A DNA stretch of 64,000 nucleotides from Deferribacterales bacterium (lineage in GTDB: Bacteria > Chrysiogenota > Deferribacteres > Deferribacterales > Geovibrionaceae), in the NCBI GenBank assembly GCA_050251875.1, contig JBFWMA010000005.1:32001-96000 (forward strand). The letters are read 5' to 3'. The translations under genes were made by a program, and so were the position numbers. The notes below the pieces were generated by a model. The model did not search any database. It saw nothing but the letters and a program-made list of their open reading frames with translations, and was not told the DNA's origin. Numbering within the stretch: the first letter of the stretch is position 1; each line of letters opens with the position of its first letter. Positions 1-14,270 of this stretch are shown here, one piece after another.

Positions 1-788
1 GTCATCTCTTCCGCCGCTTTGGATATATCTGTCAGCGCCTCATCGAACTCGCCCTCGTTCATATCGAGAACGCTCAGATTAGGCACATCGAAAGACGGCT
101 TGGCTATGGTTCTGAAAACAGCCGGAAGAAAATTCATATAGAAGAAATCCGGCTTAGCGTAAAAAGCCGAAGTGATGGTATCCGTGTTTGTGATGTTCAT
201 ATACATCCTGCCGTACAGGAGTTTTATGGACGGCGAATGTGTTTTTATAGCGGAGCTCATAAAGAGCGGGTTGATAATATCTGTGAGATTTTCCGCCAGA
301 GAGTTGGCAAAGGGGCTCAGTGTTTCGCCTGTGAAAGAGGCGAAAGGGCTTTTGGCGAAAAGATGTTTTTCGTTGATGGCGGCGTTCCTGCCCAGTGACG
401 CTTCCACCGGAGTCAGCGGAGACGGGATGTTAAAATCTCTGGCGTCTTTGGGGATGAAAGGCTGTTCTCTTGTTTCGGCGGATATTACGATAAAATGCCC
501 GCCGTCATATGTCAGCCCGACTTCTGCGGGCTGTCTCAGGCATCTTTCGATATCTGCCAGAGTCTGCGCCAGCTCGTTTAATATTTTATCCTCATAGGGA
601 GCCTCGCCCTTAATCTTCCGGATATTGCCTTTGAAAACACCTTTTATCAGAACGGTTTCCCATTCGTCCGCTTTCAGATGAAAAAAACCGAAACTGCCCA
701 GATAATGGGGCAGAGCGGTAATGTCCGCTTTCTGTGTTTCGTCTGTTCTTATTCCGGCATCCGATATTTTCTGTATAAGGCTTTCCAT
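1..788 (-). CDS. Hypothetical protein, partial (runs off window start)
   Basis: Manual translation: frame open from ATG at 788 (MESLIQKISDAGIRTDETQK...PYEDKILNELAQTLADIERCL...) to position 1. Absent from the ORF track because there is no stop in the window. No family recognised. Confidence 0.65.
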   Translation of the reverse strand, partial: MESLIQKISDAGIRTDETQKADITALPHYLGSFGFFHLKADEWETVLIKGVFKGNIRKIKGEAPYEDKILNELAQTLADIERCLRQPAEVGLTYDGGHFIVISAETREQPFIPKDARDFNIPSPLTPVEASLGRNAAINEKHLFAKSPFASFTGETLSPFANSLAENLTDIINPLFMSSAIKTHSPSIKLLYGRMYMNITNTDTITSAFYAKPDFFYMNFLPAVFRTIAKPSFDVPNLSVLDMNEGEFDEALTDISKAAEEM

Positions 789-878
789 CAGCAGATTATG
801 GATAAAATAATGCTGTCATGTCAACAATTTTTGTTGAAACCTAACATCTGTGCGGTTAAAATGTATGGGGGTGCGGAT

Positions 879-1418
879 ATGAACACAGTTATAATAAACG
901 CTGCTTCGAAACATGACGGAAACGGCAACTACATAGCCGAAAAGCTCTCAGGCAAATATGAGGGCTGCTCCGTTATCGAACTTAACGCTCTCACTTTTTG
1001 TCATGACTATATAAATGAGTTCAGAGACAGTGACGTCTTTAAGCCGGAGATGGTGGAGGAAGGCATCAGAGAGGCGATGACCTCTGTGCACGACAGCGAC
1101 CTCATCATCTTTATCGCTCCGAACTATTTCAGCTCAGTGTCCGGTCTGGCAAAACTGTTCATGGACAGATTTTATGTGTTTCTGAACAAGAGCGGACGCC
1201 CCAGATTCGAATCCCCGAAAAAATTCTTTTTCATCCTCACACAGGGTTCCGCCAACAGGAGCCACGGACAGAGCACGCTGGACTGGGTGAAAGGCTTCTG
1301 CAATGTCCTCGGTTTCAAATATTACGGAATTGTCGTCCCCTCATGCAGAGGAACAGACACAGAGGGAGCGAGGCTCAAAATGGAAGAGATAACAATGTCA
1401 TTAAGTATGTTTGTATAA
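879..1418 (+). CDS. Flavodoxin-like / NADPH-dependent FMN reductase family protein
   Basis: MNTVIINAASKHDGNG...DLIIFIAPNYFSSVSGLAKLFMDRF motif pattern. Start placed at ATG 879 rather than 678. Confidence 0.8.
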   Translation: MNTVIINAASKHDGNGNYIAEKLSGKYEGCSVIELNALTFCHDYINEFRDSDVFKPEMVEEGIREAMTSVHDSDLIIFIAPNYFSSVSGLAKLFMDRFYVFLNKSGRPRFESPKKFFFILTQGSANRSHGQSTLDWVKGFCNVLGFKYYGIVVPSCRGTDTEGARLKMEEITMSLSMFV

Positions 1419-1429
1419 AGGAGTGTAAA

Positions 1430-2404
1430 ATGGCAGTCAGCTACAAAGAGCTTGGTCTTGTAAACACAAAAGAAATGTTCAGAAAGGCTATGGAGGGCAA
1501 ATACGCCATCCCCGCCTATAATTTCAATAACCTCGAACAGCTTCAGGCTATCATCACCGCCTGTGTTCAGACAAAATCCCCGGTGATTCTTCAGGTTTCC
1601 AAAGGAGCCAGAGACTATGCCAACGCCACCATGCTTCGCTACATGGCGCTGGGCGCTGTTAACTATGCCAAGGAGCTCGGATGCGAGATCCCGATCGCTC
1701 TGCACCTGGATCACGGCGACACCTTCGAGACATGCAAAAGCTGTGTGGACTTCGGTTTCTCCAGCGTAATGATAGACGGGTCACACCACTCTTTCGAGGA
1801 GAATATGGCGCTCACTAAAAAAGTTGTCGAATACGCTCACCAGTTCGGCGTGACAGTCGAGGGCGAGCTGGGCGTTCTGGCGGGCATCGAGGATGATGTT
1901 TCCTCAGAGCATTCACACTATACTGATCCCGATCAGGTGGTGGAGTTCGTGGAGAAGACAGGCGTGGATTCACTCGCCATCTCCATCGGTACATCCCACG
2001 GCGCATACAAGTTTAAGGTGAAGCCGGGCGAATCCGTTCCGCCTCTCAGATTCGACATTCTTGAGGAGTGCGAAAAACGCATCCCCGGATTTCCGATTGT
2101 TCTGCACGGCGCTTCCAGCGTTCTTCCCGAGTACGTTGATATGATCAACCAGTACGGCGGAAAGATGGAAAACGCGGTGGGCGTTCCCGAGGAACAGCTC
2201 AGAAAAGCGGCGGCAAGCGCAGTGTGTAAAATCAATATCGATTCAGACGGACGTCTCGCCTTCACAGCGAAGATCAGAGAGTTCATGGCTCAGAATCCCT
2301 CAAAATTCGACCCCAGAGAATATCTGAAACCCGCCAGAGCGGAGCTTATTAAAATGTACGCGGCAAAGAACGAAAACGTTCTGGGCTCAGCGGGAAAAGC
2401 ATAA
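1430..2404 (+). CDS. fba: Fructose-1,6-bisphosphate aldolase, class II
   Basis: ALHLDHG, VMIDGSH, VEGELG, GTSHGAYK, VLHGASS, KINIDSD motifs; AAGGAG RBS before ATG 1430. Confidence 0.95.
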   Translation: MAVSYKELGLVNTKEMFRKAMEGKYAIPAYNFNNLEQLQAIITACVQTKSPVILQVSKGARDYANATMLRYMALGAVNYAKELGCEIPIALHLDHGDTFETCKSCVDFGFSSVMIDGSHHSFEENMALTKKVVEYAHQFGVTVEGELGVLAGIEDDVSSEHSHYTDPDQVVEFVEKTGVDSLAISIGTSHGAYKFKVKPGESVPPLRFDILEECEKRIPGFPIVLHGASSVLPEYVDMINQYGGKMENAVGVPEEQLRKAAASAVCKINIDSDGRLAFTAKIREFMAQNPSKFDPREYLKPARAELIKMYAAKNENVLGSAGKA

Positions 2405-2426
2405 CAGCTATTAACTGCATATAGAT

Positions 2427-2456
2427 AAGGGGCGGCTTAGGTCGCCCCTTTTTTTT
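2427..2456 (+). terminator. Intrinsic terminator after fba
   Basis: AAGGGGCGGC-TTAG-GTCGCCCCTT followed by a T run. Confidence 0.85.
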
Positions 2457-2582
2457 GCCTTCATTACCTGAAATAAGTAGAAAATGTGAAGATTAACATT
2501 TGATGCATGAAATATTATGGTATCCTACATCATGATTATTATCAGACTGCGGAACTGAAAAACTTTTCTTGAGGTTGGTTAT

Positions 2583-3461
2583 ATGAAAGCTATTAAGTTA
2601 ATGACGATATTTGCTCTTTTGGTTTTTTTCGGCGGATGTGCGGGAGGCGGAGCCCCCGTTTCCCCTGGCGATGCTCAGGGCAGTGTCGCTTCTCTGGGTT
2701 CTAAAACATTCGAGGTGTCGAAGATTCAGCTTATGGTTGCTCCACAGCCGGCGGCGGCATCAAAGATTTTATTCGATAAACTCTCAGGTCCTTATATGGC
2801 AGCCACTATGGATCCGTTCTTCGCTCAGGGTCTGAGTGAACTGCTTAAAAAAGATCTGGGAATCACGGTGGATTATTCCAAACTGCGCGGGCAGATGAAA
2901 TATAAAACGTCCAAGAAGCCGGGATTCGTATGGGATCCCAACCTTTACGCATGGATGGCTACAAAAAAAGTCAGCACAGGAAAACAGACGATAGAGATAG
3001 AGTCTTTCGCTCCGAATCCCACTATATCCGGATTCGAGACTGTCATTACAGTGAAGAACGGCAGTACCGTTTTGAAACAGTATAAGACCGACACCGTGAT
3101 GGGCGCCGATGTGCCTGACGCAGACTATGGGCGCAGAGTTCAGGATTATGTGGCGTATATACCCGTCCTGCTCAAGCTCGGGATCAGGGGCGTCATGATT
3201 CATGACAGAGATATGGCGGATTATATAAAAGACTACAACAGCGCTGTTGAGTATTTTAAACTTAAAAGAAACCCTCCGGAAGAAAACCTTAAACGCCTCA
3301 GGGAAATGATAACGGATATAGATCCTTCCTCCGGCATAGTTATAGAAGACCTGTACGGATCAGGCGATAAACAGGCAGACGTGCCGGACGAAAAACCCGC
3401 AGAGGATAAGACAGAAGAGTCCGGGGCTAAAACAGGCTCTGGCGCTACACTGCTGGACTGA
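2583..3461 (+). CDS. Hypothetical lipoprotein
   Basis: Signal peptide with lipobox FFGG-C, GAGG RBS, acidic C-terminal tail; no recognised domain. Confidence 0.75.
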   Translation: MKAIKLMTIFALLVFFGGCAGGGAPVSPGDAQGSVASLGSKTFEVSKIQLMVAPQPAAASKILFDKLSGPYMAATMDPFFAQGLSELLKKDLGITVDYSKLRGQMKYKTSKKPGFVWDPNLYAWMATKKVSTGKQTIEIESFAPNPTISGFETVITVKNGSTVLKQYKTDTVMGADVPDADYGRRVQDYVAYIPVLLKLGIRGVMIHDRDMADYIKDYNSAVEYFKLKRNPPEENLKRLREMITDIDPSSGIVIEDLYGSGDKQADVPDEKPAEDKTEESGAKTGSGATLLD

Positions 3462-3477
3462 TTAAAGGGAGGACGTT

Positions 3478-6096
3478 ATGAGAACCAGACTTCTGGCGGT
3501 TCTGGCGCTGGCATGTTTTTTTATGACATCGGCGCTTTCATATGCCGCTCCGGCAAAAACTCCGCCCTTGCTCCAGAACGACATCCAAAAGCTACCCGCC
3601 GATTATAAAGACGGATGGGGAAAGCTGGGCGGCGCTCTGCTCTCTGTGGCGGAGAATGTATATGACAATGACGACAATAAAATACTCGAGCTGAAAACGA
3701 ATACGAAGCTGGGGGCATTGCAGATATCTCAGGCTCTGAAAGTTTACGGCGCTTTTGACGCTGTATATAAAGGAGAGTGGGACAAGCTGGCAGGTCAGGC
3801 GGCGGACGATATCATAACCAAGATGTGGCCCATGCTGGGCAGCTATATGGCTCTGCACAGCGCCGTGAAAACATCATTCGAGGCGATGCTCGCCAACTGG
3901 TCGCAGGATCTTTATGCCACTAAAGCCTATAAAAATGTTGTTAATGTAATGAATGACGCTGTGGTAAATCAGGCGGTTAATCAGGAGCCTTACCTTCCGT
4001 CATCATATCTTAAGCCCGGATCAGATGGCTATAAATCCATGAAGGCGATGGAAGACAGAATGTTTAAGGTGTGGATGAATACCAATCCTGATGACGAGCT
4101 GATGATCAAGAAGAATAAGTATCTGCTCATCCATGTTTTCGGCAAAGCGCCTAAGAATGACCGTGAGGTTTTTGACGGATTTCTGGATCGGGCGGTGATG
4201 GATCAGAAGAGCTATATAATGACGACATACGAGCGTGTGCGTGAGGAAGCCATGCGTGAGATGATGCGCAAATATTATGAAAAGACTGTCGCCGATCTTA
4301 AGAAACAGCAGAAAATGATGTTTTTTGTGGTGGGCACTAAGGATAATTACGGCGGTTCTCTGATAAATGGTCCTGTGGGGGCTGGAGATATTCTGGCTTT
4401 CGAGTCTGACCTTTTCGTTCCATATGTATATAACGGCGAAATCGTACAGCTCCGCTGGCAGGTTTTCAGAGAGGACAGCACCCCTGTGGAGGGGCTGGCA
4501 AAGGTAACCCGCATCCATGACGGGGATAAAGTGTATAACGCCAGAATGCGTTTCCGGATAGATAACATGCCCGACGGCAGATATTATACACAGCTCTCCA
4601 GATGTGTCAGGTCGGAATGTCAGAGTTTCCGTGAACCTTTTACGGTGGGCAGTCCGCTTTCCATCTCTCGGGTCTATCTGAGCCAGGACGCTCAGGGGAC
4701 ACGCAGGATAAACCGTGAGCCCTTCAGCAGGGAGGCTCAGTTTTTGCAGGCTGACATTGCCGGAACGGGAACTGTTAAAGGCGAGCTGGCTGTAAAAGAC
4801 GCCTCAGGAAAGACAGTATATCAGGCAAAAAATGAGATGACCGTATCCAAAGGCATAGGCAGGATGAGCTTTTCTGTCAGAGAAGCTGCACTGGCGGAAG
4901 GAAATCAGTATAAGGCTGAGGTGAGCGTCAGTTCCGGTGACGGGCAGAAGGACGCAAAAGCGTTATCCTTCACTCCTATGTTTTATCAGCTCACTCTTTT
5001 GGGACCCGCAGATACAGAAGAAGGTCGGAAGACTACATACAGCTATCAGGTGCCGCCACAGATGAAAGCGCCTTTTAGAATAGACACTCAGAAAAACGCC
5101 GGCGAGGTAACTCAGCTGGGCGGGAATCAGCTTGCTTTTACCCCGTTGGCTGGCGGAAACAGAAGCCTGGCTGTGGTGGTTACAGACGCCGAAGGGCGCA
5201 AAGCTATGGGGTTCAGGGATGTTACGGTGCTTAACAAGATTCTTGATCCTATAAGTGAAGAGCAGTCTCTGGCTATGCAGCCGAAGGTGACGTATGTTCC
5301 GCCTTCAGCGCAGAGTGCCGCACACACCAGTCAAAACACTGTGCCTTATCAAAATGTACCAAATGGATCACCTGACTATAACGGTGGAGTCCGCAGACTG
5401 AGGCTTATGCTTGACGGCTCAATAAATGAGTATGTGTCGAGCTGTATGAAACCCTACTACAATAATTACACGAATGAAGTAGTGAACAAATCAGACAAAA
5501 GAGAGATTGAAAGTATCGGGCGGATGAATGCTTATGAACTGAAACAATACGAAGAAAATCTAAATACAGCTACTCTTAATAAAATAAAGGAAGCGTTGGC
5601 TAAGTCCGGCGGGAACAGCTGTGACAAAGAATGGTCTGAATATCTGTACCGCAGGGGCTATGTGGACAAAAGCTTTAGAGACAGGATATATGTCAAAAAT
5701 AGTGGCGGTTCCCCAGGGTACGCGGCAATATCTAAGCCTGATGCTGATTATTATGCTCTTATGACGCTGCACACTATGCTGGCAAATCCGGACAAGTGTG
5801 AAGTTGTTAAGGGAAAGCCTCAGACAGGCGTATACAATAAGTATTTCAAGCATATTTCAAAGCAGGACCCGACAAGAGGATATGAGACCTATCACAAATG
5901 GGTGGTTGCGGCAGGTCCTGGCAAAAGAGGAGAAGCGCAGAAGTTCTGCGACAAGATGATGAGCAAGGAGATAGCCGTAACCGGCAACTACACACCATGG
6001 GTACCGACAGGTTCTGCTTCCAAAGACGGTGACTATCAGATGCCGGAGCAGGAATACATAATGAAGCTGCCATATTATGTGCTTGATAATAAATAA
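3478..6096 (+). CDS. Large secreted hypothetical protein (872 aa), probable beta-sandwich middle region
   Basis: GGGAGG RBS; Sec signal peptide ending SYA-A; beta-rich middle (e.g. LAVVVTDAEGRKA); P/Q/S linker; Cys-containing C-terminal part. Confidence 0.75.
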   Translation: MRTRLLAVLALACFFMTSALSYAAPAKTPPLLQNDIQKLPADYKDGWGKLGGALLSVAENVYDNDDNKILELKTNTKLGALQISQALKVYGAFDAVYKGEWDKLAGQAADDIITKMWPMLGSYMALHSAVKTSFEAMLANWSQDLYATKAYKNVVNVMNDAVVNQAVNQEPYLPSSYLKPGSDGYKSMKAMEDRMFKVWMNTNPDDELMIKKNKYLLIHVFGKAPKNDREVFDGFLDRAVMDQKSYIMTTYERVREEAMREMMRKYYEKTVADLKKQQKMMFFVVGTKDNYGGSLINGPVGAGDILAFESDLFVPYVYNGEIVQLRWQVFREDSTPVEGLAKVTRIHDGDKVYNARMRFRIDNMPDGRYYTQLSRCVRSECQSFREPFTVGSPLSISRVYLSQDAQGTRRINREPFSREAQFLQADIAGTGTVKGELAVKDASGKTVYQAKNEMTVSKGIGRMSFSVREAALAEGNQYKAEVSVSSGDGQKDAKALSFTPMFYQLTLLGPADTEEGRKTTYSYQVPPQMKAPFRIDTQKNAGEVTQLGGNQLAFTPLAGGNRSLAVVVTDAEGRKAMGFRDVTVLNKILDPISEEQSLAMQPKVTYVPPSAQSAAHTSQNTVPYQNVPNGSPDYNGGVRRLRLMLDGSINEYVSSCMKPYYNNYTNEVVNKSDKREIESIGRMNAYELKQYEENLNTATLNKIKEALAKSGGNSCDKEWSEYLYRRGYVDKSFRDRIYVKNSGGSPGYAAISKPDADYYALMTLHTMLANPDKCEVVKGKPQTGVYNKYFKHISKQDPTRGYETYHKWVVAAGPGKRGEAQKFCDKMMSKEIAVTGNYTPWVPTGSASKDGDYQMPEQEYIMKLPYYVLDNK

Positions 6097-6131
6097 TAAA
6101 AAATAAATTTAAATAAAAGTGAAAAAACCTG

Positions 6132-6545
6132 TTGACTCTAATCGATGGATTAGTTATAACTTCCTTCCGCTCGAGAGCGACACCTGATCGGAAGTCAGCC
6201 TTTAGCGGGAAAAAAGATGTTAGACAGACGATATTTATAAGCACAGGTAAACAGTTTTTGCCTTGATTTAAAGATTAGAAATAAAATTTAAAAAGCTTAA
6301 AAAAGTCGTTGACAATAAGAGCTGAATTTAGTAAGCTCACCCTCCGCTCAGACGAGCGGTTTTTTATGGGTTGTAAAAGGCTCGTAAAAAAGATGTTAGA
6401 AACTTTAAAAAAGGTATTGACATGGTAGGCTGAATTTAGTAAGCTCACCAGCCGTTCGAGAGAGCGGTTTGCTCGAGAGACCGGAGGAAAGTAAAAAGAA
6501 AGTTGTAAAAAACTTCTTGACTTTAAAAAGGAAATCGGGTAAGTT
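6132..6545 (+). promoter_or_regulatory. Four tandem sigma70-type rrn promoters
   Basis: TTGACT-17-TATAAC (6132-6160), TTGACA-17-TAAGCT (6309-6337), TTGACA-17-TAAGCT (6417-6445), TTGACT-17-TAAGTT (6517-6545). Each has A-tracts upstream and a C-rich discriminator downstream. Confidence 0.8.
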
Positions 6546-6651
6546 AATCCTCCCCTGCAAAGGGGATTTAAAATTTCCGAAGGCGCAAGTCTTCCATGAT
6601 GTTTGACAACAGAATAAGGTCGATATGTGATAAAAAGATTTATACAGAGTT

Positions 6652-8204
<1,553 letters not shown>

Positions 8205-8290
8205 CTAAGGAGATCTAAGGATCTAAATTAGAAATGGTACACATATCGACCTTTTTACCTAAATCTGGGTGCAGACCTGGAGCTTATTAG

Positions 8291-8364
<74 letters not shown>

Positions 8365-8469
8365 TCTCTTAAGTTCAAGGGATGCAGAAGCTGTCAGGTG
8401 GTAGACCTTGATATTGGGATTATTGTTAAGAGCTTAAGTATGAGTTTTTAATTATAGTTCCAAATGTTT

Positions 8470-8542
8470 GGGGGTGTAGCTCAGCTGGGAGAGCACCGCC
8501 CTTGCAAGGCGGGGGTCAAGAGTTCGAATCTCTTCATCTCCA
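8470..8542 (+). tRNA. tRNA-Ala (TGC)
   Basis: GGGGGTG...CATCTCC-A, anticodon loop CT-TGC-AA; CCA not encoded. Confidence 0.95.
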
Positions 8543-8708
8543 TTTAGGAACTTCAAAGAATACTGATCGTTAAGATCAGTTGCTGTTAGACAAAAGTATA
8601 TTGTTATTCTGCGGGTCTTGTCAAACGTATCACGATACGGTGACCCGAGCAACAGATAATTATATCATATATGGGCTTTTAGAGATAAGGGAAGCTTAGG
8701 GTAAACAA

Positions 8709-11612
<2,904 letters not shown>

Positions 11613-11697
11613 TATAAATCTTAAAGCTTCCCTTAATTCTAAGAGCCCATGTAGACTGTTTGACAGGTCTTAAAAGTTAAATATGAATATCCAGGAT

Positions 11698-11818
11698 TCC
11701 CTGGTGGCTGTAGCGGAGATTCTGCACCCGTTCCCATTTCGAACACGGAAGTTAAGCTCTCCAGCGCCGAAGATACTGTGCGAATTAAACGTATGGGAGA
11801 ATAGGTCGCCGCCAGGGA
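11698..11818 (+). rRNA. rrf: 5S rRNA
   Basis: TCCCTGGTGGC...CCCATTTCGAACACGGAAGTTAAG...GCCGCCAGGGA, with terminal helix. Confidence 0.92.
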
Positions 11819-12122
11819 TTTTTATATTTAAAATCTCAATACACTTCCTATAACATTGTCAGTCTTCCCTCAGACCAACTCACATATTTATGCATATGCT
11901 CGCTGCCCGTTCGGTCAGTCTTCCTTGTTCTACTCGTGTCTGAAAATTTTATACACTCCCCCTCGCATTAAAATCCTCATAGAACCGCTTTATCTGAAAA
12001 GTATTTATAATTAATTAAATGCGGCATGAAAGGTCTAAACATTGCTCTACTATAAAAATTGGTAGTTTTTTACTTTTTTTTGGTTTAAAATAGAGACCAG
12101 AAGACTATTTTAGGGTGATTTG

Positions 12123-13583
12123 ATGTCAAAATTCCTTTCTGTAGTGATTATTTTTCTGCTCACCGCAGTGTGTTTTGCGGATAACTTTAATGATACTTTA
12201 GCGAAAGCAAAGACCGGTGACGCTACCGCACAATATAATACCGCTCTCATGTATTATTCAGGAGAGACTGTGGAGAAAGATCTGCGTGAGGCGTTCAGGT
12301 GGTATATAAAGGCTGCTGTACAGGGTGATGCTGTTTCTCAGTTTAACCTCGGAGTAATGTACTATAACGGAGAGGGCGCTCCCCGTGACTATGAAAAAGC
12401 GGCTACATGGATTATGAGATCCGCAGACAAAGGATATGTAAAGGCTCAGTATACTCTCGGCATGATGTATCTCAATGGCGACAAAATCGCCATGAACTAT
12501 AAACAGGCGGTAAAATGGCTGACAAAAGCGGCCGAACACGGCAACCCTGAGTTTCAGCATCCGCTGGGTATGAAATATTACTCTAAAAAAGGCGGCGGCT
12601 CAGTAGTTAACACTCTGGATGATTCCGGGTTTATAAAAAACGGTGAAGAACTTGATAATACACAGGCTTTCGAAAGATATATGTCTGCCGCTGCAAAAGG
12701 AAATATTTCCGCTCAGAAGAATGTAGCAATCATGTACTACAAAGGTATAGGTGTATCGCAGAACTATGCTGAAGCAGTCAAATGGTATAAAAAGGCGGCA
12801 GAGAAGGGCGACACGGAATCTCAGTATAATCTTGGCGTAATCTATATTAACGGCGATGGCGTGACACAGAGCCAGACCGATGCTGTGAAATGGTATACTA
12901 TGGCGGCTGAGAGCGGTTACTACCGTGCTCAGTATAACCTGGGACAGATATATCTGAGCGGGGAGAAAAAACTCTCCAGATATCAGGAAGCCGTGAAATG
13001 GCTGGCAAAAGCGGCTGAAGGAAGAGAGAGAGAAGCGGCGAAAAGACCCGCAAACACGCAAAAAACAGCGCAGGCTTTACAGCCGTCCGGAAACTATCAG
13101 AAAACATTTAGCAAATACAGACAGGAAGCCCTTAAAGGTGATGCTGAGGCACAGAGGAATCTTGCCACATTATATTATAACGGGCTGGGAACGGCTCAGA
13201 GCTATATAGACGCCGCTGTCTGGTTCACAAAAGCGGCTAAACAGGGTGATGCTGAAGCTCAGTATAATATCGGAATGATGTACCACAAAGGCGAAGGCGT
13301 GGTGCAAAACTATCAGGAAGCCGTGAAATGGTATAAAAAATCCGCTCAGCAGGGTAGCGACTGCGCTCAATATAATGTAGCCGTAATGTATTACAACGGC
13401 GAGGGTGTCGTTCAGAACTTTCAGGAAGCGTATATGTATTTCATTCTGGCGAAAGCCAACGGCAATGAAAATGCCGAGAGAGTGATCAACTCTGTCATGA
13501 ATAAACTGGACAATCAGCAGATAAGCGAGGCTCAGAATAACGCCACTGTTTTCTATACAAAAAGATCGAGAGAGAACGGGTAA
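12123..13583 (+). CDS. Secreted SEL1-like (TPR) repeat protein
   Basis: Signal peptide plus about 10 repeats of AQYNLGxMYxxGxGVxQxYxEAVKWYxKAAxxG. Confidence 0.92.
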   Translation: MSKFLSVVIIFLLTAVCFADNFNDTLAKAKTGDATAQYNTALMYYSGETVEKDLREAFRWYIKAAVQGDAVSQFNLGVMYYNGEGAPRDYEKAATWIMRSADKGYVKAQYTLGMMYLNGDKIAMNYKQAVKWLTKAAEHGNPEFQHPLGMKYYSKKGGGSVVNTLDDSGFIKNGEELDNTQAFERYMSAAAKGNISAQKNVAIMYYKGIGVSQNYAEAVKWYKKAAEKGDTESQYNLGVIYINGDGVTQSQTDAVKWYTMAAESGYYRAQYNLGQIYLSGEKKLSRYQEAVKWLAKAAEGREREAAKRPANTQKTAQALQPSGNYQKTFSKYRQEALKGDAEAQRNLATLYYNGLGTAQSYIDAAVWFTKAAKQGDAEAQYNIGMMYHKGEGVVQNYQEAVKWYKKSAQQGSDCAQYNVAVMYYNGEGVVQNFQEAYMYFILAKANGNENAERVINSVMNKLDNQQISEAQNNATVFYTKRSRENG

Positions 13584-13649
13584 ATAATTTATTATTGCCG
13601 TATTTTATGTTTATGGCTAGACTAGTCTTAAAACATCCGGAGTTGATAA

Positions 13650-14270
13650 ATGACTGAAAGATTTGATAAAGGCGCCGCAAACTGGGACAGCAAACCCAGA
13701 CGTATCAAGCTGGCGAAAGATGTTTCCGATGCGATTTTTGAGAGAGTAAATCCCGAGAAAGGCATCCGCATAACAGATTTCGGCACAGGTACAGGGCTTC
13801 TTCTGCTCAGCTTCGCCGACACAGCGTCAGAGATGACCGGAGTGGATTTTTCAGGACCTATGCTGGATGTTCTGATGCAGAAGGCGAAAGATGCCGGAAT
13901 CAATAATCTGAAAACAAAAGTTATGGATATAAATAAAGACGAGTTCGAGCCGGAAAGCGCTGATTTGATAACATCAAATATGGTGACGCATCACCTGCCC
14001 GATCCTGAGCTGCTCTTTGAAAAAGCCTACAGTGCGCTGTCTGCCGGCGGATATCTCTGCGTGAGCGATCTGGTTTCCGAAGACGGCACATTTCACGACA
14101 ACCCATCTGACGATATCTACCATCATGGTTTCGACATGGACTCTGTGGGGCAGTCCCTTATGGATGCCGGATTCAGACGTGTGGAAGTAAAACCCGTGAC
14201 CTATATTACAAAGGAGCATGACGGCGTGAAGCGCATGTATCCCGTGTTTCTGGCGGTTGCTCAGAAATAA
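13650..14270 (+). CDS. Class I SAM-dependent methyltransferase
   Basis: ITDFGTGTGLL motif I, GVDFSGPML, DLITSNMVTHH. Confidence 0.9.
   Translation: MTERFDKGAANWDSKPRRIKLAKDVSDAIFERVNPEKGIRITDFGTGTGLLLLSFADTASEMTGVDFSGPMLDVLMQKAKDAGINNLKTKVMDINKDEFEPESADLITSNMVTHHLPDPELLFEKAYSALSAGGYLCVSDLVSEDGTFHDNPSDDIYHHGFDMDSVGQSLMDAGFRRVEVKPVTYITKEHDGVKRMYPVFLAVAQK

Noticed and set aside
172..878. ORF 172-597(+) and the 5' extension 678-878 of the flavodoxin ORF
   Set aside because: Shadows of the minus-strand partial CDS 1-788; family similarity starts at ATG 879.
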